Source: a virus. Taken from it: a DNA stretch of 63,433 bases. The DNA is taken from IMG/VR virus record IMGVR_UViG_3300019860_000021, positions 1 through 63,433 of that record; one strand, written 5' to 3'. The position numbers and the translations under genes were made by a program. Positions 49,757 through 58,749 of the stretch are shown in pieces (position 1 is the stretch's first letter; each line of letters opens with the position of its first letter). The notes below the pieces were generated by a model. That model was not told the origin of the DNA. It was given only the letters and a program-made list of their open reading frames with translations, and searched no databases.

Positions 49757-50152
49757 CTAGACGGTGGAGGAAGAGCCGGTGGGGGTTTCGGTGAAATCCT
49801 CAACCTCCTCCTCCACCGCGCCCTTGCTCATCCCGCTGAGCTCAAAAATCGCGTCCCTCAGACGCAGGATCGGCGCGGAGCTTTTCTCCCCGAGTGCCTT
49901 CACATCAGCCTCGGTGAAGAGGCGCTCACCCTGCTCGTCGACCACACACCAGGCAACGCACTGGATCGCGACCCTGCCAACCTTGTCGAACCGTTTGGTC
50001 TGGTTGGCCTCCAACATCGTCGACTCGATCAGCGACCGCTGCACAGCCGTCAACGGCCGCACCCGCACCGTGCCACCCCATTCGGGGCATTCCACGTCAC
50101 GGGTTTCGAAGTCGCTGGCACCGAGAATTTGGTCGCGACCAAGAAGAGCCAT
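49757..50152 (-). CDS. tail assembly chaperone (gpG-like)
   Basis: 131-aa acidic-tailed ORF directly downstream of the major tail gene. Confidence 0.65.
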   Translation of the reverse strand: MALLGRDQILGASDFETRDVECPEWGGTVRVRPLTAVQRSLIESTMLEANQTKRFDKVGRVAIQCVAWCVVDEQGERLFTEADVKALGEKSSAPILRLRDAIFELSGMSKGAVEEEVEDFTETPTGSSSTV

Positions 50153-50574
50153 TAACTTGCCTCCTCAAACTCCGGTTTTCCGGTGACCTTGAACGTGAAC
50201 GAGCAGCTCATCGCGTCCTCCATCGGGAACGCCATCCCCATGGCGGTGATGAACGCGCGGAAGTTCCAGATACCGCCGGGCGGGTCCGGCAGCACGATCC
50301 GGTAGTTACGCGGCTGCGGGTCAGCGAAGTCGTCCTGCAGCACGTTGTGCAGCGCAGGGTCGTAGCGGACCTCGAACGAGACCTCACCACCGTCGGAGAG
50401 GCCACCCACCCACTCGCGGAAACCATCCGGCGACTGGTGGGAGGTGACCTCGATGGTGTCCCGCTCCTGTTCGGGACCGGAAATGTCGGTGGCCTCACCG
50501 ATCAGGTCAAAAGTCTCCGGAGTGCCGCCGTCTCCGCGCTCGAACCGGGTCCCGAACCCCGAGTAGCCAGCCAT
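50152..50574 (-). CDS. major tail (tube) protein
   Basis: 140 aa: MAGYSGFGTRFERGDGGTPETFDLIGEATDISGPEQERDTIEVTSHQS... is a TTP-like pattern. Structured high-expression leader with GGAGG SD. Confidence 0.8.
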   Translation of the reverse strand: MAGYSGFGTRFERGDGGTPETFDLIGEATDISGPEQERDTIEVTSHQSPDGFREWVGGLSDGGEVSFEVRYDPALHNVLQDDFADPQPRNYRIVLPDPPGGIWNFRAFITAMGMAFPMEDAMSCSFTFKVTGKPEFEEAS

Positions 50575-50697
50575 TTTCGTGGACCTCCACTCACGATGTG
50601 CTGTGTGGACGTCCCAGGGATGGCGGACCCTCCCAGACCCTGGGACCCTGGGAGGGCCCTTCCTCCGGTGATCAGCCGGAGGCGTCTAAACCCCCAC

Positions 50698-51135
50698 CTA
50701 CGAGGGCGGGGGAAGCTGTTCAGTGTGGAAAGCAAAGCTGACCGGCACGTGCCGGATCAGCGGGTCAGGGTCACGCATCGGCCGCGCATCCACCAACCTG
50801 ACGGACCACAACCGGTGGCCCTCCAGTTCGATGTCGTTCTCCCTGTGGTCAAACAACGTGGTGAGCTCGGCTGCGATCTGCAGAGCCTCAGCGAACCCTC
50901 CACGGCCCCTGGTCCACACGTGCAGGGTGTGCACCACGCGACGCCCAAACCGGCCGTGCACGTTATCCGCAGTCTCGGTAGCCTCCCCCACTGTCACAAA
51001 CGGGTGCGGCTGGTCCTCAGGCACGTAGTCCCACACCGGCACCGACAAATACTCGTTGCACCGTTGCACCACGGCCTTTTGCACAGCAGCGAGCGCCGTG
51101 GCCGCGGTCGGGGTAATCCTGGTCACCGCCACCAC
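50698..51135 (-). CDS. tail terminator / completion protein (DUF3168-like)
   Basis: VPVWDYVPEDQPHPFVTVGEATETADN...HTLHVWTRG pattern plus position. Confidence 0.6.
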   Translation of the reverse strand: MVAVTRITPTAATALAAVQKAVVQRCNEYLSVPVWDYVPEDQPHPFVTVGEATETADNVHGRFGRRVVHTLHVWTRGRGGFAEALQIAAELTTLFDHRENDIELEGHRLWSVRLVDARPMRDPDPLIRHVPVSFAFHTEQLPPPS

Positions 51136-51515
51136 CTCCGCCCTCGCTTCTTCTGCTGAAGCGCCCGGTTCACGTGCTCGGCCACCAGGTCAGGCCAGAT
51201 ACGACGCATCGCCTCCACCGTCGGCCGCACATACGGCTGCGCAGCCATCCTCGATGTGCCGAACTCGACGAAAGCGGCGTAGTCGATCTCATCCCCCGGA
51301 CCGAACCGCACAGTGGGACCCCGCACCTCGTGCCGGATGCTGTCACGCAGCCGACCCGTGTCCACCGGAGCCAGGCCCTTCATCGTGGCCTCACCCATCC
51401 GGCCCGCCTCACGAGCCGCGGCCTCGGTGCCCTCCCTCACGTGCGAGCGCATCATCCGCAACCGGTCTCGCAGGCTATCGACACCGCGGATCTCCACCAC
51501 CATGCGGCCAGCCAC
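51123..51515 (-). CDS. HK97 gp10-family tail component
   Basis: LAPVDTGRLRDSIRHEV...YAAFVEFGTSRMAAQPYVRP. Confidence 0.75.
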   Translation of the reverse strand: MAGRMVVEIRGVDSLRDRLRMMRSHVREGTEAAAREAGRMGEATMKGLAPVDTGRLRDSIRHEVRGPTVRFGPGDEIDYAAFVEFGTSRMAAQPYVRPTVEAMRRIWPDLVAEHVNRALQQKKRGRRWWR

Positions 51516-51877
51516 TAGGACACCTCCCCCGCAGGCTCGGCCTGAAGGACCTCGGTGTCAAGCCGCAGGTAGACCGCCACCGAAGGCCGTATCGCGGCGA
51601 CAACACGAAACACCTCACCGGTCGTCTCGTCGACCAGCTCATCACCGCGCCGCACATCCTCACCCGGATCGCAGTACACCGGCTGGGTCAGCTCGGCCTG
51701 GCCCTGCTGCGGGCCCACCTGGGAACGCGCCATCACCCGCTCCAACGCTGTGGGCTGTGGGACGCGGGCAGCGATCACCCCGAGACGGATACGCTGCTCA
51801 TCCAACCCGCCCATGTCGTTGCGGACAGTTTCTGTCCGATAGTGGGCGAGGGCACGGTTCCACAGGTGGCCCAGCAT
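51515..51877 (-). CDS. head-tail adaptor / head closure protein
   Basis: ORF trimmed to the ATG at 51877 (MLGHLWNRALAHYR...). Size and position fit the SPP1 gp16 / Phage_H_T_join class. Confidence 0.6.
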   Translation of the reverse strand: MLGHLWNRALAHYRTETVRNDMGGLDEQRIRLGVIAARVPQPTALERVMARSQVGPQQGQAELTQPVYCDPGEDVRRGDELVDETTGEVFRVVAAIRPSVAVYLRLDTEVLQAEPAGEVS

Positions 51878-51893
51878 GCGGCAACGCCCCCCC

Positions 51894-52370
51894 TTATTCG
51901 GCGTGGGCCTTGTGGTAGGCATCCACCACATCCGACGGCAGACTGCCGCGCGCCGGAACCTCGAGCCCTTGCTCCTTGGCCCACGCGCGGATCTGCGCTG
52001 TCGACGCCCTCGAATGCTTCACACTTTCCTCAACTGGCTCCGGCTGCTCAGAGCTGGTAGCAGCCGACTCGCTCACAGGGGACCGTTTAGCGAGCTCCAC
52101 CTCAAGCTGACGCTCATACTCGGCGCGCAGCTTCGCCTCAATCTGGCGTCGCTCCCGTTCCCGACGCTCATGCTCCAGCTGCCGCAGGGTCTTACGTGTC
52201 ACCGGCTTATCTGTGGGCACCCACCGCTTAGAGCGGCGCAACCGGTCCAACAGGCGCCGCCGTGCGGCCGCCTCATGCTCCGCAACCGCCTTCTCCTCAC
52301 GCGACCCCCACACCTTGTGCGGCGGGGCGATCTCCTCCGGTGTCGCGTACTCCACGACCCTGCCGGTCAT
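51894..52370 (-). CDS. lsr2: protein with Lsr2-type C-terminal DNA-binding domain
   Basis: C-terminal STAQIRAWAKEQGLEVPARGSLPSDVVDAYHKAHAE compared with the recalled Mtb Lsr2 [30 protein letters not shown]. ATG at 52370. Charged coiled-coil N-part. Confidence 0.7.
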   Translation of the reverse strand: MTGRVVEYATPEEIAPPHKVWGSREEKAVAEHEAAARRRLLDRLRRSKRWVPTDKPVTRKTLRQLEHERRERERRQIEAKLRAEYERQLEVELAKRSPVSESAATSSEQPEPVEESVKHSRASTAQIRAWAKEQGLEVPARGSLPSDVVDAYHKAHAE

Positions 52371-52395
52371 GGTGTTCTCAAATCGGACAGGCAAG

Positions 52396-52821
52396 CTAAT
52401 CGTCTCCCAGGTAGTAGCCGACGTAGGGGGCGGCCGCAGCATCATCCAGCAACCGTTGCGGCATGTCCCCTACGAGCGTGATCGTGCGCACTGACGGGAT
52501 GTCCATCTCATCCCTGATCAGGTCCTGTTCTTCGTCGGTGGGGTAGAGGGGGCGCGCCCCCGAGTACTGGTAGTCAGCGATCCGCTCCGAGTTGACCCCG
52601 GCCGGGTTACGCACCGCCCGAGTCACCATCGAAAAGATCACCATGCGGATCGGGCCGGGCACATCCTCGCTAGTCGCCTCATCCAGGCGGCCCTGCGCGA
52701 TCCGACGCACCACGTCGGAAGCGTCCGCAAGAAGTGCCTCAGCCTGGGCGCGCTCGGCGCCGGTCAGGGTGCGGCCGAGCCGGGCCTCATACTGCTCGAC
52801 CGTCATCAAAGACTCGGCCAT
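52396..52821 (-). CDS. head-tail connector (gp6-like)
   Basis: 141 aa directly downstream of the capsid gene: EQYEARLGRTLTGAERAQAEALLADASDVVRR is a typical connector N-terminus. Confidence 0.7.
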   Translation of the reverse strand: MAESLMTVEQYEARLGRTLTGAERAQAEALLADASDVVRRIAQGRLDEATSEDVPGPIRMVIFSMVTRAVRNPAGVNSERIADYQYSGARPLYPTDEEQDLIRDEMDIPSVRTITLVGDMPQRLLDDAAAAPYVGYYLGDD

Positions 52822-52851
52822 GGCCGCACCTCCCCTCCTCGCACCAGATGG

Positions 52852-53718
52852 TCAGGATTCGTCCTCCACGCCGAGGACGACGACACGGTCGGCGTCCACC
52901 AGCTCAGCGCCCGCATAGATCGACAGCAGCGACAGGGTGGATGCGGTGGCCGGGTCGACCATGAACACATGCCGCACCGACAGTCCTTCTTCGGTGATCA
53001 CGGCTGAGTCGATCGTGCCGGGGATCATCGGCGGGGTGAGCGTGCCGAACGCGAACGCGCTGGAGTGGTAGGCCAACGCCTTGATGCCGGTCAGCCGCGG
53101 GCTTTTGACCACGATGAACCCGCGGTACTCGCCGAGGATGCCCTGCCGCAGCGCCTCCGTGGCGACCTCACCCTGAAAGTCGGTGAGGGTGACACCATCC
53201 GGCGAGGTGAGCCGGGCCGCGAACCGCGGAGACACGGCCAACCACCGGTTCTCCATTGGGTTCTCAGCCTCGTCCAGCAGCGCGTTGGCGTCGGCAATGA
53301 CGTTGTCGAAATCGCTGCCGTCGGGGGTGACTTCCTCGTCGATCGGCAGCGCGTTCATCACGCTCGCGAGCTGCCGCTCGGCTCCGGCGACCACGGCCCG
53401 CACCTGGTTGCGGGTGACCTGCCTGCCGAAGTCGACGATGTCCAGCGACCGCTGGTGTTCGGTCACCCGCGCACCGTCGTAAATGTGGTCGATGCTGAAG
53501 TCTACGGACACCTCGTCGATCTCGGTGTAGTCAAGGCTCGCACCCCGAGGCTGGATCTTCGCCTCACGGGGCACGGGCACGCGCAGCGTGGTCTCCCCAC
53601 CCGTGGGCGGCGCCACATCACCGGAGGGCACCTGCGACACGGTTTGGGTCAGCGACAGCTCAGCCGACAGCAGGTCCACGGCGAGCGTCGAAATCGACTC
53701 ACTGGTAACAAACGTCAC
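52852..53718 (-). CDS. major capsid protein
   Basis: 288 aa, follows the scaffold gene: ...NRWLAVSPRFAARL...GEYRGFIVVKSPRL...AYHSSAFAF pattern. Confidence 0.85.
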   Translation of the reverse strand: MTFVTSESISTLAVDLLSAELSLTQTVSQVPSGDVAPPTGGETTLRVPVPREAKIQPRGASLDYTEIDEVSVDFSIDHIYDGARVTEHQRSLDIVDFGRQVTRNQVRAVVAGAERQLASVMNALPIDEEVTPDGSDFDNVIADANALLDEAENPMENRWLAVSPRFAARLTSPDGVTLTDFQGEVATEALRQGILGEYRGFIVVKSPRLTGIKALAYHSSAFAFGTLTPPMIPGTIDSAVITEEGLSVRHVFMVDPATASTLSLLSIYAGAELVDADRVVVLGVEDES

Positions 53719-53758
53719 TGGTTACTCCCTGTTACTCGTGGAGACCACGCCTAGCAGC

Positions 53759-54496
53759 TCACCGCCGCCGCCTGCCCGTAGAGGTGACAGCCTCGAGAAT
53801 CTCTCTCCTGCTGCGACCCCCGAACAGTCTCTCCTCGTCGCTGTCGTTGGTCGCACCCCCTCGGAGAGGCTTTTTCTCGCGCGGCTTCGGCTTGGGCGCA
53901 GGCTCCCGCCTACGGTTGAGACCGAACAAGGCGACCAGCTCATCAGCGTCAGCCTCCAGCTCCTCCCGGGTCTCCCCCTGGAGGCGTCGCGCCTGGTCCA
54001 GCGTGAGCCCCTTGGCTGCTGCCACCTCAGCGATGAGCTGCTGGCGTTTAGCCCTCGCGGTTTCCTCGGCCAGCCGCTTGCTGGTCTCCCGCACCTCGGC
54101 GAGCTCGGCCGACAGCTGTTTGATCTGCGCAACGATCGGGTCCTCGCCCTCGGTGGTGGGCTCACCGCTGGTCTTCGCGCTCTTGCCCTTGGTGCCCTCG
54201 GCGAGCTGGGTGCGGAGGGTTTCCAGTTCTTTGAGCAGCCGCTGGTTTTCGGCGTAGTTGGCCTTGGCGCGCTGTTCATTCTTGCGCATCTGCGCCTTGT
54301 ACAGCTCCGCTTTGGCCCGCCAATCGACGTCCTCGCCGTCACCACTAGTGGGGGTGCTGCTGTCAGCGGTTTCAGCAGCGTCCTCGCTGTTGTCGTCGGC
54401 GTGCTCGGTGTCGGTGCCCGTTTCGGGTTCCTCGGTGGGCTCTACGTCGTCGCGCTCGGGTTCGGTCTCGTTGGTCTCTGTTGTGTTGTCGGTCAT
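53759..54496 (-). CDS. scaffolding protein
   Basis: ATG at 54496. Acidic N-terminus, long coiled coil (AELYKAQMRKNEQRAKANYAENQRLLKELETLRTQL), basic C-terminus. Confidence 0.7.
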   Translation of the reverse strand: MTDNTTETNETEPERDDVEPTEEPETGTDTEHADDNSEDAAETADSSTPTSGDGEDVDWRAKAELYKAQMRKNEQRAKANYAENQRLLKELETLRTQLAEGTKGKSAKTSGEPTTEGEDPIVAQIKQLSAELAEVRETSKRLAEETARAKRQQLIAEVAAAKGLTLDQARRLQGETREELEADADELVALFGLNRRREPAPKPKPREKKPLRGGATNDSDEERLFGGRSRREILEAVTSTGRRRR

Positions 54497-54667
54497 GTGC
54501 TCCCATTCCGGGATGCTGTGTGTGCCTTTGCGGCACAAAAATCTCCTGTTAACAGTGTCACCACCATTCCGGCAGTGTCACTCTCTATCAGGGATGATAG
54601 CCCAAAGAGCATTGTCAGCCGCTTGACGATAGCTTCAGAGAATCAACAGGGGTGTGGGAGGACAACG
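54497..54667. promoter_or_regulatory. divergent scaffold/portal intergenic region with direct repeats
   Basis: CAGTGTCAC at 54553 and 54573. CCATTCCGG at 54503 and 54564. ctgttaacag palindrome. TTGACG at 54623. Lower GC. Confidence 0.45.
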
Positions 54668-56041
54668 ATGCTCAACCCAACCGAGGCCGCCGAAAAAGCC
54701 TCAGAGCTCTACGAAATCCGCAACAGAGAACGCAAACGCCTAGACACCATCCGCCTCTACCTGCAAGGACGACCCGAGCTCACCTATCTGCCCCCCGACA
54801 CCCCCCGCGAGCTGCAGGCACTCGCGAAAATGGCGCGTGTCCCCCTCATGAAACTGATCGTCAACGCCACCACCCAGCAAATGTTCGTGGACGGCTACCA
54901 ATCCGCCGACACCGAAGCCGCCGATACCATCTGGCGGGAAATCTGGCAGTCCAACCGGTGGGACAAGAAACAGATCCCCCTCCACAAGTCGACCGCCGCC
55001 TACGGAGTCGCCTACGGAGCCATCCTCCCCGCAGCCGACGACGACGCGCCTCCCGTCATCCGGCCCCTGTCAGCCCGAAAGATGACTGCCGCATACGGCG
55101 ACGACGACGAATGGCCGGAATACGCCCTAGAACAGCGCAAGGACGGCACCTGGTGGCTGTATGACGACACCGGCGTCTACGAGCTGCGTAGGCTCGACAA
55201 ACCCGTGCGCCGCCCCGGCAAAACCACAATCGTGTTCGAACAGGTCGGATTTACCGAACACGAACAGGACGTGTGCCCAGTAGTCCGCTACCTCGCTGAC
55301 GAAGACCTCGACGACCCCGTGCAGGGCGACATCGAGCCGAACATGACCCTGCAGGACCAGATCAACCTGTGCACCCTGCACCTGTTGGTCGCCCAGCACT
55401 ACGGCGCGCACGGCCGCAAGATCCTCATCGGCAAGATGATGGAAGCAGTGGAAAAACAACTGAAAGCTTCAGCGTCAACCCTGCTCACCATCACCGCCAA
55501 ACCCGAAGACTTCAAAGTCGAAGAACTATCCCAAACCCAACTGGATGGGTTTATTGCCGCGCGTGAATCCGCTGCCCGGTTCGCCGCAGCCATCTCCCAA
55601 ACCCCCACCCACGAACTGCTCGGCACCCTGTCCAACCTGGCCGCAGCCAGCCTGGTGGAGGTACGCGAATCCACAGCCCGCAAAGTCGCTGAACGCAAAG
55701 TCATGATCGGCGAGTCACACGAACAGCTGCTCGGCCAGGCCGGAACCCTGCTCGGCATCCCCGTTGACCCGGCGGCCCGGGTGCGGTGGAAGCGTCTGAT
55801 TGATGCGCGCGCCGTCCAGTTCGTAGAGCTGCTCGGCCTGCTCGCCGAGAAACTCGGCGTCCCCGAGGAGGCGCTGTGGCAGGAGACCCCGTTCTCGGAT
55901 GCAACCGTGGCCGAATGGCGCGCTATGGCAGCCGAACAGCAACCCGCCAGCGTCACCCCGGTAGAAACCCCGACACTGGTGCCGCTCACCGACGTCACAG
56001 CCCCCACCGACGACGACGACACAGAGTTGACTACCAGTTAA
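54668..56041 (+). CDS. portal protein (SPP1 Gp6-like), inverted relative to the module
   Basis: ORF 53588.. trimmed to the ATG at 54668 after GGGAGG: MLNPTEAAEKASELYEIRNRERKRLDTIRLYLQG...KSTAAYGVAYGAILP... 457 aa. Confidence 0.9.
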   Translation: MLNPTEAAEKASELYEIRNRERKRLDTIRLYLQGRPELTYLPPDTPRELQALAKMARVPLMKLIVNATTQQMFVDGYQSADTEAADTIWREIWQSNRWDKKQIPLHKSTAAYGVAYGAILPAADDDAPPVIRPLSARKMTAAYGDDDEWPEYALEQRKDGTWWLYDDTGVYELRRLDKPVRRPGKTTIVFEQVGFTEHEQDVCPVVRYLADEDLDDPVQGDIEPNMTLQDQINLCTLHLLVAQHYGAHGRKILIGKMMEAVEKQLKASASTLLTITAKPEDFKVEELSQTQLDGFIAARESAARFAAAISQTPTHELLGTLSNLAAASLVEVRESTARKVAERKVMIGESHEQLLGQAGTLLGIPVDPAARVRWKRLIDARAVQFVELLGLLAEKLGVPEEALWQETPFSDATVAEWRAMAAEQQPASVTPVETPTLVPLTDVTAPTDDDDTELTTS

Positions 56042-57374
56042 ACCCGGCTACCGCGATGACCTCCCGCTGCTCGGCGAGGTCACGGTGCGCCACCATGTAC
56101 CGCATCGCATCCATGCCGTGGTCATCGTCCTTGACCGGCTGGTCTTTTTCCCTGCCATCCCGGGAGCGTGACCAAATGTAGCCAGGGATCTCCTCCACCG
56201 TGCAGGTGGGACGCCGCGCCCCCTCCAGCTCTGGGTCGCGCTCCACCAGCGCACCCCGCACGAAAAACAGGCGGGGTTTACCGTCCTCGGATACCCGCAG
56301 CCGGGCCTGCACTGCCTGAATCCCATCAAGCACGCTCTTGTGCGCGGGCGTGGTTTCCACGCCGAGTTCACGCTCCAACACGGCACGCCCCTCAGCGTCA
56401 TGATCACACACGACCGCGGCCGGGCGGGGCTCCAACCAGCGGCCATCCGGTGTGGTGACCTGGTCGAGAATGTCACGGGCATGCTGGTCAACAGTGCGCC
56501 GAGTCCGGTAGATCTCCCGGTACAGGTAGAGACGCCCATCCTCGTCCTCAGCCCACCACTGGGCAACGAACGGGTTGGTGAACCCGAAGTCCACGCTCAG
56601 GTAGCGGGGCCAATGCTCAGGAATCGAAAACGGGTCGACGACGTGCACGGCCTCCTGGAACTGGTCGTAGACCATGCCCTCAGCCGCAGCCCACAAACCA
56701 AGCCGCAACCTGGCATGCCGCACCCCGGTGAGCCTGTCGAGTTTGCCAATATAGTCGCGGCCTCGTTCCGTGAGCGTCCCATCAGAGTTGTAGTAGACAG
56801 GGTTGTCCTCATGCCGGCTGTTGATCAGCCGGGTCAGCCCCTTATCACAGCGTTGCTTCAACCAGTGGGTAGGCGCGTCCGGGTTACATGCGGCCAACAA
56901 CTGCTGGAAGCTCAACCGGCCGTGCCGCAACCGAGAGGTGATCGCCTCCCAGTCGTTGAGAGTGAGCTCAGTAGCCTCATCGGCGAACACCAGGTCGTAC
57001 TCGCTCGACATGATCTTCGTGGCCTTGTCCATCCCGCCGACGACGATCACCGACCCGTTGTCGTACCGGTAAGAGGCAGCCTCCTGCGGGGAGCCGCCAT
57101 AAAAGTGCACCGTGCCCGTGGCCAGGGCTTCCTTGATGACCTGCTCGCGCCACGTCACCAACGTCGTCGACCCCAGCGACACCGAGGTTTTACGGACGAT
57201 CAACCCGCGCATCCCCGGGTTCAACAGGGCAACCAGGTGCAACTTCTCCAAACACACGCGGGACTTTCCCGTACCAGCGGGGCCGCAGACCAACACCTCA
57301 TCCTCGCGGGCCTCCATCACCTGCACCGCAGTCCCACGCGGCCGATAGGTGTGCACCAGCTCAGCGGAGCGCAT
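56031..57374 (-). CDS. terL: terminase large subunit
   Basis: Walker A VCGPAGTGKS, Walker B/acidic LVFADEATE, C-terminal nuclease DDDHGMDAMRYM. Confidence 0.92.
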   Translation of the reverse strand: MRSAELVHTYRPRGTAVQVMEAREDEVLVCGPAGTGKSRVCLEKLHLVALLNPGMRGLIVRKTSVSLGSTTLVTWREQVIKEALATGTVHFYGGSPQEAASYRYDNGSVIVVGGMDKATKIMSSEYDLVFADEATELTLNDWEAITSRLRHGRLSFQQLLAACNPDAPTHWLKQRCDKGLTRLINSRHEDNPVYYNSDGTLTERGRDYIGKLDRLTGVRHARLRLGLWAAAEGMVYDQFQEAVHVVDPFSIPEHWPRYLSVDFGFTNPFVAQWWAEDEDGRLYLYREIYRTRRTVDQHARDILDQVTTPDGRWLEPRPAAVVCDHDAEGRAVLERELGVETTPAHKSVLDGIQAVQARLRVSEDGKPRLFFVRGALVERDPELEGARRPTCTVEEIPGYIWSRSRDGREKDQPVKDDDHGMDAMRYMVAHRDLAEQREVIAVAGFNW

Positions 57375-57849
57375 CCAAATCCACGCCCTCCACCCGATAG
57401 GTGGCGACCCTGCCCGTGATCTGCTGCTTCACCGGAGCATCCAAACCCAACAGGCGCGCGCGCCGCTCCTGGATCCTCAGCAACCGGTCGATCGCCTCCA
57501 GCACGGGCTTGGTGTCTTCTAACGGCTGCCCAGCCTCGTCATACACGATCTCCCCGCCCGCCACCTTGACGTGGTGGGCCTCCAACACTTCCTCAGCGGC
57601 GCGCGCCAACCGGTCCAACCGCTCCAACTCCAATGCGAGCAGTTCCTCACCCGGTTCCCTGATCGCGGCTTTCAACGCGCGCTGCACAGCCCGGTATGCT
57701 GCGATTTTGTCCGGGTAGCCGAGCTCATCTGCGATCTGCTGATACGTCCAGTGCTGGGCGCGCAGCCGAGCAGCCTGAGCATCCCGTTCTGCTGACGCCA
57801 GCGTCCGCTCGTACCGCCCACTGTGTTTGCTGCGATGTGAGAGTGTCAC
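57361..57849 (-). CDS. terS: terminase small subunit (HTH)
   Basis: WTYQQIADELGYPDKIAAYRAVQRALK is a sigma-r4-like HTH, followed by a coiled coil. Overlaps the terL start. Confidence 0.65.
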   Translation of the reverse strand: MTLSHRSKHSGRYERTLASAERDAQAARLRAQHWTYQQIADELGYPDKIAAYRAVQRALKAAIREPGEELLALELERLDRLARAAEEVLEAHHVKVAGGEIVYDEAGQPLEDTKPVLEAIDRLLRIQERRARLLGLDAPVKQQITGRVATYRVEGVDLDALR

Positions 57850-57855
57850 TACTGG

Positions 57856-58593
57856 TCACCCCTCCCCTCCAAACAGGCGGCGACGCACTACCTCCGTGTA
57901 GCAGCGGCACCGGAAATGCAGCGGCGGCAGCCCGTCAAACCCCTCCCAATCAGGCTCCCGCAGACTGAACCGCTCTTTGGACGCGATCACCCTGCCGTGC
58001 ATAGGACGGCAACGCGGACACGTGCGCTCATCAATCCTGGTGAACCATTTCAGGTCATAGGCGAACAGAGCGGCATACCACTGCCGTCCCCGGTTATAGG
58101 CCCGGTGAATCCCTGTCGTAGTCACGTTGTGGATCCGGGCCAGTGTCTGCTCCACCACCTCGAGGGCTTCTTCACGCCGCCGCCCAGGCGGGTTGATCTC
58201 CACACGCAACCCCTGGGAGCTGATGATGAAGCTCACGTCATTGCGCAGGTCAATGTCGTCGGTGGCCCGGTGCACGTCCACATCGTCGGGCACATACCGC
58301 ACCTCGGTGCCTGCTGGCGGTGGTGCTTCCCGGGCCGCATCCCGAGCCCCCAACGGCACAGCACGCCGCACCGCTCCCATTGCCGTGTCTATGATCGCCG
58401 CACGCGCCTGCCGCAGCCGGTCCATCAGTCTGCTGTTGCGGCGGGTCACCTCGACAGGGCTGGCCACCGTGGTGGCAGCGACGTCGCGGACGTCATCAAG
58501 GTGCCGGTCGATCAGGGTGCGGGTTTCGGTTTCGAGCGCGTCCAGTTCCGGGGTGGTCGTGTCTGGGACGGGCTCAGGCAGCGGTGTCGTCAC
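57856..58593 (-). CDS. head morphogenesis protein (Mu F / SPP1 gp7 family)
   Basis: DERTCPRCRPMHGRV...LPPLHFRCRCY. Confidence 0.8.
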   Translation of the reverse strand: MTTPLPEPVPDTTTPELDALETETRTLIDRHLDDVRDVAATTVASPVEVTRRNSRLMDRLRQARAAIIDTAMGAVRRAVPLGARDAAREAPPPAGTEVRYVPDDVDVHRATDDIDLRNDVSFIISSQGLRVEINPPGRRREEALEVVEQTLARIHNVTTTGIHRAYNRGRQWYAALFAYDLKWFTRIDERTCPRCRPMHGRVIASKERFSLREPDWEGFDGLPPLHFRCRCYTEVVRRRLFGGEG

Positions 58594-58749
58594 GAGTCTC
58601 CCCCCACAGCGGCCGTGGCGTCCGGCAGCGCGGCCAGGGACTCGAACGGGTTGGGTCCGACGATGAAGGTCACTGGGTCTCCTCGATGAGTTTGTAGGTC
58701 AGTTCGAAAGACTCGGGGTGGCGGACGGAGAAGCGGTATCGGCGCGGGA

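Noticed and set aside
53588-54667. N-terminal 360 aa of the 817-aa ORF containing the portal
   Set aside because: This part is antisense to the scaffold gene and to the capsid gene 5' end, has low-complexity composition, and precedes a good GGGAGG-ATG at 54668 where portal homology begins.
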